From NCBI RefSeq assembly GCF_963921235.1, contig NC_086097.1:168084001-168148000 (forward strand): 64,000 nt of DNA, read 5' to 3'. Source of the DNA: Mobula hypostoma (Eukaryota). Of this stretch, positions 11,625 to 25,800 are shown in pieces. Below the pieces are notes generated by a model that worked only from the letters and a program-made list of their open reading frames with translations, did no database searches and was not told where the DNA came from. Every line of letters begins with the position of its first letter. Within the stretch, counting starts at the first letter, position 1. Made by a program: the position numbers and the translations under genes.

Positions 11625-13873
11625 AAACATAGAAACATAGAAAATAGGTGCAGGAGTAGGCCATTCAGCCCTTCGAGCCTGCACCGCCATTTATTATGAT
11701 CATGGCTGCTCATCCAACTCAGAACCCCGCCCCAGCCTTCCCTCCATACCCCCTGACCCCCATAGCGACAAGGGCCATATCTAACTCCCTCTTAATATAG
11801 CCAATAAACTGGCCTCAACTGTTTCCTGTGGCAGAGAATTCCACAGATTCACCACTCTCTGTGTGAAGAAGTTTTTCCTAATCTCGGTCCTAAAAGGCTT
11901 CCCCTCTATCCTCAAACTGTGACCCCTCGTTCTGGACTTCCTCAACATCGGGAACAATCTTCCTGCATCTAGCCTGTCCAATCCCTTTAGGATCTTATAC
12001 GTTTCAATCAGATCCCCCCCTCAATCTTCTAAATTCCAACGAGTACAAGCCCAGTTCATCCAGTCTTTCTTCATATGAAAGTCCTGCCATCCCAGGAATC
12101 AATCTGGTGAACCTTCTTTGTACTCCCTCTATGGCAAAGATGTCTTTCCTCAGATTAGGGGACCAAAACTGCACACAATACTCCAGGTGTGGTCTCACCA
12201 AGGCCTTGTACAACTGCAGTAGTACCTCCCTGCTCCTGTACTCGAATCCTCTCGCTATAAATGCCAGCATACCATTCGCCTTTTTCACCACCTGCTGTAC
12301 CTGCATGCCCACTTTCAATGACTGGTGTATAATGACACCCAGGTCTCGTTGCACCTCCCCTTTTCCTAATCGGCCACCATTCAGATAATAATCTGTTTTC
12401 CTATTTTTGCCACCAAAGTGGATAACTTCACATTTATCCACATTAAATTGCATCTGCCATGAATTTGCCCACTCACCCAACCTATCCAAGTCACCCTGCA
12501 TCCTCTTAGCATCCTCCTCACTGCTAACACTGCCACCCAGCTTTGTGTCATCCGCAAACTTGGAGATGCTGCATTTAATTCCCTCATCCAAGTCATTAAT
12601 ATATATTGTAAACAACTGGGGTCCCAGCACTGAGCCTTGCGGTACCCCACTAGTCACCGCCTGCCATTCTGAAAAGGTCCCGTTTATTCCCACTCTTTGC
12701 TTCCTGTCTGCTAACCAATTCTCCACCCACACCAATTCCTTACCCCCAATACCGTGTGCTTTAAGTTTGCACACTAATCTCCTGTGTGGGACCTTGTCAA
12801 AAGCCTTTTGAAAATCCAAATATACCACATCCACTGGTTCTTCCCTATCCACTCTACTAGTTACACCCTCAAAAAATTCTATGAGATTCGTCAGACATGA
12901 TTTTCCTTTCACAAATCCATGCTGACTTTGTCCGATCATTTCACCGCTTTCCAAATGTGCTGTTATCACATCCTTGATAACTGACTCCAGCAGTTTCCCC
13001 ACCACCGACGTTAGGCTAACCGGTCTATAATTCCCCGGTTTCTCTCTCCCTCCTTTTTTAAAAAGTGGGGTTACATTGGCCACCCTCCAATCCTCAGGAA
13101 CTAGTCCAGAATCTAACGAGTTTTGAAAAATTATCACTAATGCATCCACTATTTCTTGGGCTACTTCCTTAAACACTCTAGGATGCAGACCATCTGGCCC
13201 TGGGGATTTATCTGCCTTCAATCCCTTCAATTTACCTAACACCACTTCCCTACTAACTTGTATTTCGCTCAGTTCCTCCATCTCACTGGACCCTCTGTCC
13301 CTTACTATTTCTGGAAGATTATTTATGTCCTCCTTAGTGAAGACAGAACCAAAGTAATTATTCAATTGGTCTGCCATGTCCTTGCTCCCCATAATCAATT
13401 CACCTGTTTCTGTCTGCAGGGGACCTACATTTGTCTTTACCAGTCTTTTCCTTTTTTACATATCTATAAAAGCTTTTACAGTCCGTTTTTATGTTCCCTG
13501 CCAGTTTTCTCTCATAATCTTTTTTCCCCTTCCTAATTAAGCCCTTTGTCCTCCTCTGCTGAACTCTGAATTTCTCCCAGTCCTCAGGTGAGCCACTTTC
13601 TCTGGCTAATTTGTATGCTTCTTCTTTGGAATTGATACTATCCCTAATTTCTCTTGTCAGCCACGGGTGCACTACCTTCCTTGATTTATTCTTTTGCCAA
13701 ACTGGGATGAACAATTGTTGTAGTTCATCCATGCAACCTTTAAATGCTTGCCATTGCATATCCTTTAAGTCAATCCTTTAAGTGTCATTTGCCAGTCTAT
13801 CTTAGCTAATTCACGTCTCATACCTTCAAAGTTACCCCTCTTTAAGTTCAGAACCTTTGTTTCTGAATTAACT
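11625..13873 (-). mobile_element. Young 5'-truncated CR1 LINE with near-intact RT
   Basis: 464-aa ORF 12004..13398 with KSPGPDG, NYRPVSLTS, DFQKAFD, GVPQGSVLGP and FADD; (TTTCTATG)n tail. Confidence 0.95.
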
Positions 13874-13880
13874 ATTAATT

Positions 13881-15172
13881 AAGAACATAAGAACATGATA
13901 ACACATGAAATAGGAGCAGGAGTAGGCTATTCGGCCCATCAAGCCTGCCCCCCCATTCAATAAGATCATGGCTGATCTGTCCGTAAACTCGGCTCCATCT
14001 ACCTGCCTTTCCCCCATAACCCTTAATTTCCCTACTATGTAAAAATCTATCTAACTGTATCTTAAATATAATTAGTGAAGAAGCCTCAACTGCTTCCCTG
14101 GGCAGAGAGTTCCACAGATTCACCACTCTCTCGGAAAAACAATTTTTCCTCATCTTCGTATGAAACCTTCTCTCCTGAATCTTGAGGCAATGTCCCCTAG
14201 TTCTAGTGCCACCTACCAATGGAAACAACTTTCCTACTTCTATCTTATCTATCCCTTTCAAAATTTTGTATGTTTCTATAAGATCCCCTCTCATTCTTCT
14301 GAATTCCATAGAGTATAGTCCCAGGCAACTCAATCTCTCCTCATAGGTTAACCCCTTCATCTCTGGAATCAACCTGGTGAACCTCCTCTGCACTACCTCC
14401 AAAGCCAGTACTGCATATCCTTCCTCAAGTATGGAGACCAGAACTGCACACACTTCTCCAGGTGCGCCTCACCAGTACCCTATATAGTTGCAGCATGACC
14501 TCCCTGCTCTTGAATTCAATCCCTCTAGCAATGAAGGCCAACATTCCATTTGCCTTCTTAATAACCTGTTGTACCTGCAGGCCAACTTTTTGCGATTCAT
14601 GCACAAGCATTCCCAAGTCCCTCTGCACAACAGCATGCTGCAATCCTTCACCATTTAAATAATAATCTGCTCTTCTACTATTCCTTCCAAAGTGGATGAT
14701 CTCACATTTACCAACATTGTATTCCATCTGCCAGACCTTGACCCACTCACTTAACCTATCTATATCCCTCTGCAGACTCTCCACATCTTCTGTATAATTT
14801 GCTTTTCCACTCAGCTTAGTGTCATCAGCAAATTTTGCTATGCTACACTCAGTCCCCTCTTCCAGATCATCAGTGTAAATGGTAAACAGCTGCCGGCCCA
14901 GCACCAACCCCTGTGGCACCCCATTCACCACCAACTGCCAACCGGAGAAACACCCACTTATACCAACTCTCTGCCTTCTATTGGTTAACCAATCTACTAT
15001 CCATGCCAATACACCTCCTCCGACTCCATACATCCGTATCTTATTTATAAGTCTCTTGTGCAGCACCTTATCGAACGCCGTCTGGAAATCCAAGTATACG
15101 ACATCCACCTGTTCCCCTCTATCCACTGCACTCATTATGTCCTCAAAGAACTCCAGTAAGTTTGTCAAGAAA
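13881..15172 (-). mobile_element. 5'-truncated CR1 LINE (second subfamily)
   Basis: RT motifs in ORFs 14425..15321(-) and 13875..14453(-); (TTCTTATG)n tail. Confidence 0.9.
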
Positions 15173-15595
15173 GATTGAATACTTTGGAACTTTATTCCCT
15201 TAAATGTAGAAGACTGAGAGGAGATTTGATAGAGGTGTACAAAATTATGAGGGGTATAGATAGGGAAAATGCTATCAAGATTTTTCCACTGAGATTGGGT
15301 GAGACTACAACTAGAGGTCACAGGTTAATGGTAAAAGGTGAAATGTTCAATGGGAACACAAAGGGAAACTTCTTCACTCAGAGAGTGGTGAGAGTGTGGA
15401 ATGAGCCGCCAGTGCAAGTGGTGGATACAATTTCAATTTCAGTGTTTGAGAGAAGTTTGGATACCTACATGGATGGGAGGGGTATAGAGGGCTGTGGTCC
15501 AGGTGCAGGCTGATGGGACTAGGCAGTTTAAATGGTCTGGCATGGACTGGATGGGCCGAAGGGCCTGTTTCTGTATCATAGTTTTCTATGATTTT
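15173..15595 (+). mobile_element. CR1 3' end in the opposite orientation
   Basis: ORF 15175..15513(+) LYSL..RRLRGDLIEVYKIM. Confidence 0.85.
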
Positions 15596-15974
15596 ATCAC
15601 GTGTGCTGCTCAAGTAATTCCTATGTGTGCCACTTCTACTTATTACAAGTGCTCAAATTTGTAAAGCAGAGACTATTTCAAAATGCATGACGGCATGCCG
15701 ACCAGCTATCAGCTCCCTGTGACTAACAACATCCTAAAAGTTGTGCAATCAAACACAGAAAACCAGTTGTAATTCTGAGCACCACACACTAAATGCTGGA
15801 GGAACTTAGCAGGTCAGGCAGCATCTATGGAAATAAATAGTCCATGCTTCTGGCCGAGACCCTTCATCAGCTGTAATTATGTACATTTTAAGTAAGGAAA
15901 CCATAATTAGCTTGGTAATTTGAACATAGAGTGCTCATAAACTCCAGCTTTTTGTGATACGTCACCATAACAGT

Positions 15975-18660
15975 ACCTGCCTCTCAGCCAATCTTCTATC
16001 CATGCCAGCAGCTTTCCAGTAATACCACGAGCTCTCATCTTGTTAAGCAACCTCATGTATAGCACCTTGTCAAAGTCCTAATAAACAACATTTACTGACT
16101 CTATCCTTCCTGTTATTTCCTTAAAGGGTTCAAAAAGATTTGTTGGGCAAGATTTCCCCTTTAGAAAACCACGCTGACTTTGGCCTGTTTTATCACATGC
16201 CTCCAAGTACCCGAAAACCTCATCCTTAATAACAGACACCACATCTTTCCAACCACTGAAGTCAGGCTAACTGGCCTATCTTTTCCTTTCTTCTGCCTCC
16301 CTCCCTTCTTAAAGAGTGAAGCGATATTTGCAATTTTCCAGTCCTTGGGAATCATTCCAGAATCTACTGATTCCTGAAAGATGCCTCCACAATCTCTTCA
16401 GCTACCTGGGATGTAGTCTCTACCTTCAAACTTTTCAGCTTCCCAAGTGCCTTCTCCTTTGTAACAGCAGCAACACGTACATCTATCCCCTGATACTCTC
16501 ACATTTCTAGCATTTTGCAAGTGTCTTCCGTAATGAAGATTTACGCAAAATATTTAAGTTCATCCATCATATCTTTGTCCCCCTTTACTACCTCTTCAGC
16601 GTCATTTTAAGCACTCTGTTATCCACTCTCATCTACAAACGTATATATATCTAAAAAATCTTTTTGTATTCGATTTTATATCATAAGCTTTTTTTCTTTT
16701 TATGGCTTATTTAGTTGCCTTCTGTTGGCTTTTAAAAGGTTCCTAATCCTTTAACTTCCCACTAGTTCTTGCTATAGTAGTACATCTCCTCTCTTCATAT
16801 CCTTTTCAGCCACAGTTGTCTTATCCTTCCTTTAGAATACTTCTTCAGCTTTGGGATTCATCTTTCCTGCACCTTCTGAATTCCCCCCAGAAACACCAGC
16901 CATTACTGTTCTGCTGTCATCCCTACAGTGTCCCTTTCTGATCAACTTTTCCTCTCTCGTGCTTCTGTCATCCCTTTACCCCACTGTAATACTGATACAT
17001 CTAATTGTAGCTTCTCCTTCTCAAACTGCAGGGTGAATTCTGATCCCTGTCTCCTAAGGGTTCCTTTACCTTAAATTCCCAATTATTATAACACACAATT
17101 TTATATATACAAACAGAGGCACCCCAGGCCCTCTGCTTAACTACCTGTCCTTTCAATACAATATGCATCCTCAGATGTTAGGCTCCCAACTATGATTTTT
17201 AAGCCATGACTCAGAGATGCCCATAACATCATACCTGCCAATCTCTAACTGTGTTACAAGATCATCATATTCTATATATTGTGTGTATTGAAATATAACA
17301 CTTCCAGTCCTGTATTCATCACTCTTTTTGATTTTGGTCCCCACTTTAACCCATCCCACTGACTGCAAATTTGTCCTATCATCTGCCTATCCTTCCTCAC
17401 AGTCTCCCTACACACTACATCTCATTGTATACCACCTGCCCCATCCTCAACCATATCACTGTGGTTCTCATGCCTGTGCTAAATTAGTTTAAATCCTCCC
17501 CAACAGTTCTAGCAAACCTGCCCGCAAGGATACTGGTCCCCATTGAGTTCAGGTGTAACCTGTCCTTTTTGTACAGGTCATACATTTCCCAGAAGAGATC
17601 CCAATGATCCAGAAATCTGAAATGCTGCCTCCTACCCCCAATTCTTCAGCCACATATTCATCTGCCAAATCATCCTATTCTCACTAGTGTGTGATACAGG
17701 TAGCAATCCAAAGATTACTATCCTGGAGGTCCTGCCTTTCAGCTTTCTGCCTCACCCTATAATTACTCTTCTGGACCTCCTCCCTTTTCCTACCCATGTC
17801 ACTGATACCAATATCTACCACGACTTTCGGCTTTCATCCTCCCCCTTTAGAATACCATGGACCTGACCAAGACATCCCTGACCCTGGCACCTGGGAAGCG
17901 ACATACCATCCGGGTGTCTCTTTCACGTCCACAGAATCTGCTTTCTGCTCCTCCAATTACGGAGTCCCTTATCACTACTGCACTGCTCTTCTCTTCCCCA
18001 CCCCCACCTTTCCTTCTGAGCCACAGCACCAGACTCAGTGCCAGAGACTCGATCGCTGCAGATTCCCCCAGTAGGTCGTAGCCCGCCACCCCCACCAACA
18101 GTTTCCAAAGTGGTATACTTATTATTGAAGGGAACGGCCACAGGGGTACCCAGCAATGACTGCCAATTCCCTTTCCCTTTCCTGACAGTCGCCCTGGTAT
18201 CTGTGTCCTGCAACTACCTCCCTGTCGCTCCTATCTATCACCTCCTCATTATCATGTATAAACCTACAGTCATCCAGCTGCAGCTCTGTTTCCTTAACAC
18301 AGTCTCTATAAGGAGCTGCAGCTCGATGCACTTCGTGCAGGTGCAGCTATCAGGGGGACTGAAGGTCTCCCAGATTCCCACATCTCGTACAAGGAACATA
18401 CCACTACCTTCAGATCCATTTTCAGCATACTAATTATGTACTAACAGAGAAACTTACTAGAAGCTTACTTAGAACCTCTGCCTGTGCTTGTCCAAGCCTG
18501 TTGAGCCAAAATCAGACCACTCTAACAATGGCTACCCTGCTTACACCTCCTTTCTTTTTATTGGACTGGCACTGTTTGCAGATGCAAAAGAAAAGTCAAA
18601 AGTACTAGGCTCTTTTTAAACCTCACACTGCATCATCAATAAGTGACTTCTATTCCAATA
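15975..18660 (-). mobile_element. Decayed CR1 5' portion (ORF1 esterase-like, endonuclease, RT N-terminus)
   Basis: AVVIRDSVI...RDTRMVCRFPGARVRDV (ORF1); YDVMGISESWL; DWKIANI..LFKKG. Confidence 0.8.
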
Positions 18661-18720
18661 TCAGACTATGCTGCATCAAAATCTCTATATGTGTATCACC
18701 AAACACCGAATTTACTGCAC

Positions 18721-18834
18721 TTGGAGGAACTCAACAGGTCGGGCAGCATCCGTGGAAATGATTAGTCAACGTTTCGGGCCAGAACCCTTCGAGTGCTGCT
18801 TTGACCCCAGCATCTGCAGAGTATATTGTGTTTA
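18721..18834. mobile_element. Short Penelope-like insertion with truncated hammerhead and 13-bp TSD
   Basis: TSD GAATTTACTGCAC at 18708-18720 and 18835-18847. The minus strand reads GAAGGGTTCTGGCCCGAAACGTTGACT. Confidence 0.7.
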
Positions 18835-19067
18835 GAATTTACTGCACATAAATGGTCATGAATCATTAACTCTCAATCACACCAACAAAATGGGATATCA
18901 ATTTTCATGGTATAGAATATGTTTTATCATTGAAGTGTGCATCCCAGTGGTTAAAATCGATACTTTCTGGGATTGAAGGACAGTATCTGTGGTGACCAAC
19001 CAAGTGTCAGTAACACAATTAACCGGTATGGAAGGGGTACAGCAAGTAAGTTGTGAAAAATCAATAC

Positions 19068-19162
19068 CTTATCCAGTCCAGCCAACTCATTCTTCAAGCT
19101 GTTTTTCTCCTTTGTAAGTCTGTCCTTTTCCTTTTGCAGTCTTTCTACCATGAAGAGGAGCT
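19068..19162 (-). CDS. Coiled-coil gene, exon 6 (LLFMVERLQKEKDRLTKEKNSLKNELAGLDK)
   Basis: Acceptor ttttctttag|AG and donor AAG|gtattg. 95 bp, phase 1 to 0; lies within ORF 18951..19178(-). Confidence 0.9.
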
Positions 19163-22100
19163 CTAAAGAAAAGCACAAATATTAAACATTAAAATATTAG
19201 ATTCCAAACATGGTAGCTATAAACTTTTAAAGCAAACAGGCAAAATTTTGTGGTTGTATAAATTTAGTACTGCTTTAAACAGATTCATTTTATTTTAAAT
19301 CAAAGAAGTCCCTTTAGTACTTGTTAGCTCAGTCCCAAATGAGAGCAAGTGGTCTACTGATTCCATAATACAAGGAATCATTCTGGAATCTCTTCTTTCT
19401 CTCTACCTACCTACCTAAACAACAATCACATTCCACAGATATCATTACCTGAATGAATTATCTTCCAATCCTTCTTAAATACTAAGCTGGCATTCAAGGA
19501 CTATAGATGCCATGTCTTTCCACAAAAAGAGAGAAAGTCAATATGCCAATGAAGATGATTTGAGAGACATAACATGGGAGAAAATTAACAGGTGCATGGA
19601 TAAATAAAGGAGAACTAAGACAGATTTGTTATTCGACCAATGCATTTATATATCCGCCATGAAGGTCAGAGGCTGGAAAAGAGGGTGCTGATGTGAATCT
19701 AGACTCAAAGGATATGGCGAGAAGGCAGGTGTATGGGGTTGAGTGGGATCTAGGATCAGCCATGATGGAATGGTGGAGCAGACTCGATGGGCTGAATGGC
19801 CTAATTCTGCTCCTATGTCTTATGGTCTTCTAAGAGTATCTTAAATGCCTCTACCACCATCCCTGGCAGCGCGATCCACGTACTCACCATTCTCCATCAA
19901 AAAAACCTTAACTCTGACAGGACCTGTATGTATCAATACATTCAATGAGAGTATTGTGAAGAATGGTTGTTGCTAATATCAATGGTCTGGATGGGAAAGA
20001 CAACCAGAGATAATCAACACTGATTAGCTAAAGTAGGCTAAAGCCTCCTCAGTTAATGTGCTTGTGTTACAATGTTCTGTTAAATTTCTATAAGTTGTGA
20101 TTCTTGGATATGAAAGTCCATTGATTCAAAGCAGGAAGCAGCAGCACAGCCAAGTGATCAGATTTACCAAACTGCAGTGAGGGGCAGAACAATAGGAGCC
20201 TCCGATTGTGATACAGCAGTGACCGAGTGTGTTTGGTTCTCTGGTGTTGAGGGTGACATGTTGATGGTAGCTACACAGATAATTCTTCAGGCTTGCCCAA
20301 TGAAGTCCCCAGTAATGATGAGAAGGGCACTGGAGTATGCCATTTTATGTTTAATGACACTCAATTCCCTAAATGCTACATCTGCCTAAGGCAGGATATA
20401 GACTAGAGTCAGGATGACAGTGGTAAACTCCCTCAGTAGGTAAAGCAGTCAGCACTCTACCAGCTGATGTTGCAGGTTCAGGAAGCAGGAATGGAACAAG
20501 ACTGTCACGTTCATGCACCATCACAAATTTATCATTAAACAGTTGCCTCTTCCCTGAGAGAGATTCCCTTCCCTGACACAGTTGTCTAGTCCATTCAGTT
20601 GATGAAGAAACCCTCGGGCTGGTGCACTATGTCTACTGTGTTGGAGGCAGCCATGTTCTCTGTGAAACAGAGTACATAGCAATTACTCATATCCCACTGA
20701 TACAGCAGTTCTGCTTTTAGGCCTTCCATCTTGTACATTGGCCAAAGATGCCAGTGAGGAGGACCTACCTTAAGTCTTCCCTAACAACCATGTTCTCCAA
20801 CATTATGGACGCCTCCATGAACCTTCCAGGTGCTCTACTTACATTCGGGAAGGTGAAATTTGCTAAGTTTGTCAGATGATCATAAGATCCCTAATATATT
20901 TAAATAGTTTAACAGCCTGTTTGATACCACAGTATTCCTGGCTACAGATTTGAGATTTAGAAGTTCAGAACATGTTCTACTGCCTTCATAATGTCGCCCA
21001 TCTCCAGCACTATTTTATAACTCTGCACAATTTATATTGACTAAAATACTGAATGGACCAAATGCATTATAAACTCAGCTAAAGTGAAAGACAGGAAACT
21101 AGGATATCAAGGTACAAAGGTCAGCAAAGGTTTACAGATAGGTAAGTTGACTGGGTAAAAATATCACAGATGGACATAATGTAGTTAATTCGAGGTTATC
21201 TACTTTGGTAGAATAAGGATGTTAGGTGAGCCATAAGCAATCAACATTTATTGGCCTGCTATCAACCAATCCCACACTGGCTTTCTCTGATGGGTCATCG
21301 TTCCAGACAACATCTTGAATGCTCTTCGTGACCTGGTTGCACTGTTGATTTTGGCTGTGTGGTTTATTCTATGTTCCAGCTTTGTTCTATCTTCAAGCTC
21401 AGGATCTCATCTGTAGTTATAGGCTAGCACACACAACAGTTAACAACAAGATGCTGTATTTAGGACAGGCATCTCGTTCTGAAAATCAGGTACTGCTGAA
21501 CATGAGCATTATGTCAACCACATCCTACCCAAGAACCCATATGACCAATCGTTTCACAAAACTGTCCAATAGCAAAGAGCCGCACTCTTCAGTGTTCACT
21601 ATCACTGTTTGAAACTTGTCAAACATGACACCAGTAACTTTATCACATATGCTGGTGTCATCAATCATGAATGTGAAAAGTTCAAGCTGGGTAATTTGAC
21701 TGAATCACAGTTTAAATGTCTAAATTTTATTTGTGGACTTGCCGATGCAGCCTCCTGGAGCATGACCCTAATATGACTCTACAAGTTGTCACTCAAGACA
21801 GTTAGCGTTTGATCAACCTGAAATACGATTCCAACATGGTCGAGCAAAATCATGTCAACGCAATTTCCAATGGGCCATTCATCATCACTCAGCAAGTCTC
21901 CAAGAGCCAGCCACAGCCTGCTGGAGTTGTGGTGCATGGCACTGTGCAAGAAAATGCCAGTGCAAGAACCACATATGCAGCATATGCCAATGCCATTGTC
22001 ACAAAGGAGGCTTTTGCCACCCTTCACTGTCTTTTAAGCCAGTGAAACACAAGGGCAAGTAGTTTAAAGGCCATCAAACTCCACAAGCAGTTTAATGACT

Positions 22101-22844
22101 ACATTCAAAGTTGATTTCGCCACGAGAAGATGGTACAACAATATCAACAATCATTTGGTCAAGCTACAACTCAAAATAGCATTAGACATTATCATCTCCA
22201 AAAGCACGTGGCAGACTCTTGAGACCCCACCAGTCCAATGAACTCATCACTGTGCCTGCAGTGTATCGGGTGGAACCTTTCAGCTATTTGGTGAACTGCA
22301 CTGCATGGTGAAGTTGTTAAGTACTCACATTGGGCAGCTCCAATAGTCAACATCAAGAAAGCCAACAGTAGTGAAGACTTCTCAACTATTCTCAATGCAG
22401 TTTTGGAGACACATCAATACCCACATCAGTACCGACAGATCTCTTCACCTCATTGAACCATGGTCACTACTTTGCAAAGTTAAACTTGGCTGAAATCTAC
22501 CTCCAAGAAGTGGCAGAAAATTCACAGGAGCCTCTCACCATTACAACACATAAAGGGTTATGTGTTATTTTTCCTCCTCTGTCTATCTTTTAAAGGTGGC
22601 TCCTTCAACATTCCAGCAGCTTATGGATACCATGCTAAGTGGATATTGACAGTGTTACCTCAACAACACCGTTACAATAGGCACAGATCAGAAAGAACTG
22701 AACCTACTACAAGACTTTGAATTGTGACTTCTGGCAGAAAGATGCAGCCTCCTTCAAGTATCTGGGGTTCATCATAGGTGAGCATGGTCATTGCTCAGAT
22801 CCAAAACATCACTGCTATCTTAAAGATGCTTCTACCATCAGATA

Positions 22845-25800
22845 TCAAGTTCAAAGTTCAAAAGTAAATTTATTATCAAAGTATATGTATGTCACCAGGT
22901 ACAACCCCGAGATTTAATTTCTTGCAGTCATTCACGGTAAATACAAGAAACACAATAGAATCAATGAAAGGCTACCCCAACAGGGCAGACAAATAACCAA
23001 TGTGTAAAAGATAACAAATTGTGCAAAAAAAGAAAAAAAGTAATATATAAACAATAAATATCAAGAACATGAATATCGAGAATTGAAACTTGCAGGAAAA
23101 GATCAACAGTGGCTAAAGAGAAATACAGGAGAGAGTTGGAGAACGAGCTTGGGCAGAGTAGCACAACGGAGGTGTGGAGAGGCATGAAGAACATCACTGG
23201 CTTCAATCAGCCAAGCTGCAGAGCCTCAGGATACAGCTGTGAATGGGCTAATGAATTAAACCAATTCTTCAATAGGTTTGACAATTGCCCTCCTATTCAC
23301 AGCCCCCTCAGCACACCAACTCAGATGCTGAGGAATCCAATGCTCCCTCAGCACCAAAGCCTCCCCTCCTCCCCCCTCCAGTTCAACATGTGGATGAACA
23401 ATACAGGCTGCCGCTGTCTGCACAGTCTACTTCCCCTACTTGCCCTGTACCTACTATCCATACCTCTACATACCAACTGCTATCGTCCCAATCTTCACCT
23501 TCCCTAGCTCCCACTTTCCACCAACTCCCCAGTCACCATGGACTCACCTTCACTACTGAGCAGGTGAGAAGGGCTCTGGGGAAACTCAGGCTTGAAGGAC
23601 TACCGTCCAATTGCCCTAACCTCACACATCATGAAGACCCGAGAGAGGCTGGTCCCTGGCTCACCTCCGACCCCTGGTCAGATCAGCACTTGATCCCCTG
23701 CAGTTTGTCTAACAGGAGCACATTGGAGTCAACAATGCTGTCATCTACCTGCTGAACAGAGATTACTCCCGTTTGGTTAAGCAATGCAGCACTACGAGGA
23801 TCATGTTTTTTGATTTCTCAAGTGCCTTGAATATCATACTGCCTTCATTGCTGGGGGAAAAGTTCTGTTCACTGCAGGTTGGCACTTCCGTTACATCCTT
23901 GATAATGGACTACCTGACTGGTAGACCACAGTTTGTGCAGCTTCAGAGCTGTATGTCAGACACGGCTATAAGTAGCACCGGAGCCTATAGGGGACTGTAT
24001 TGGTCCCTTTTCTGTTTATCCTCTATAACTCAGCATTTAGATACAACACCGACTCATGTCATGTGCAAGAATTCTCTGGTGACTCAGCAATAGTTGGGTG
24101 TATAAAAGGAGAATGGGGGGATGAATACAGGGCCCTGATAGAGGACTTTGTCAAAGGATGCAAGCTGAATCATCTGCAGCTCAACATCAGTAAGACAAAG
24201 AAGATGGTGATGGACTTCAGGAAGGCTAAGCCTGCATATTGCTCCCTGTTACTACTGATGATGAGAACAAGGATGTGGTGAGGACCTACAAGTATCTGGG
24301 GGTGCACCTAGATAACAGATTTGAGTGGAGCACCGACACAGAGGCTGTGTACAAGAAGGGCCAGAGTCGCCTCTGCTTCCTGAGAAGACTGAGGCCCTTT
24401 GGAGTATGATTGTTCTACTAGTCTGTTGTCATAATTACAAACTATGCAGTAGTGTGCTGAAGCAATGGCATCAACACGGTGATGCCAACTGATTAGAAAG
24501 GCTGGCTCTGTCATAGGAGTCAAATTGGACACACTGGAGGCTGTGGTAGAACAAAGGACCCTACGGAAAACCTGGCAATTCTGGACAATGTTTCTCACCC
24601 TCTGCATGTCACCTTGACTAAATAGGAGCACTTTTAGTAACTAAGGGCAACTATGATGCTCCAAAGAGTGTTATATGAGGTCATTCTTACCCTCAGCCAT
24701 TAGGCTCTATAATAAGTCAACCTATAGATAGGGAAGTGATGACCCCCTCCTGTTAGACTGCTTGTGGTAACATTTTTGTTTATCCTTTCTTACTTCTCTT
24801 TTAATATTTGTATATCTATGTACTTGTAATGCTACTGTGACATTGTCATTTCCTTTGGGGTCAATAAAGTATCCATCTATCTATCTATGAGAAGAAGAGC
24901 CCTTGAAAGTGAGTATAGGGGTTATGGGAACAGTTCAGTGATGGGTGAATGAAGTTCAGTGAAGTGATACCCTCTGGTTCAAGAGCTTGAGGTTGATGGG
25001 TAATAACTGTTCCTCAACTTGGTGGTGTGGGTCCAGAGGCTCACTACCTTCTTCCTGATAGCAGCAGCGAGAAGAGAGCGTGGTCTGGATAGTGAGGATC
25101 CTTGATGATAGATGCTGCTCTTCTGTAACAGTTCTCTGTGTAGATGCAGTCAATGTTGGGGAGGACTTTGCCAGTGATGGACTGGGCTGTGTCTTCTTTT
25201 TGTAAACTTTTCCATTCAAGGGCATTGGTGGTTCCATACCAGGCCATGATGCAACCAGTCAATAAATTTTCCACCGCACATCTATAGAAGTTTGTCAAAA
25301 TTTTAGATGACATCCCAAATCTTTGCTAATTTCTAAGAAAGTAGAAGTGCTACCATACTTTCTTCATAATGGCACTTATGAGCTAGACCCAGGACAGATC
25401 CTTTGAAAGGATAACATAACACTGAGGAATTTAAAGTTACTGATCCTCCAATAAGGACAGGCTCATGAACCTTGGGTTTCCTCCTCCTGAAGTCAATAAT
25501 CAGCTCCTTGGATTTGCTGACACTGAGTGAGAGGTTGTTCTTGTGCCACCACTTAGCCAGATTTTCAATCTCCCTCCTATATGCTGATTTGTCACCATCT
25601 CTGATTCAGTCATGAATAGTGGTGTAGTCAGCAAACTTAAATATGGTATTGCAGCTGTCTTTAGCCTCACAGTCATAGGTATAAAACAAGTACAGCAGGG
25701 TGCTAAGCACACAGTACTGATAGCAATTGTGGAGGTTTCATTGCCAATCTGAACTGACTAAGTTCTGCAGTGAGGAAATCGAGGATCGAAGGAGGTTTTG

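Noticed and set aside
12107..12811. Plus-strand ORFs antisense to CR1 RT (and similar ORFs throughout)
   Set aside because: Shadow ORFs of LINE coding sequence.
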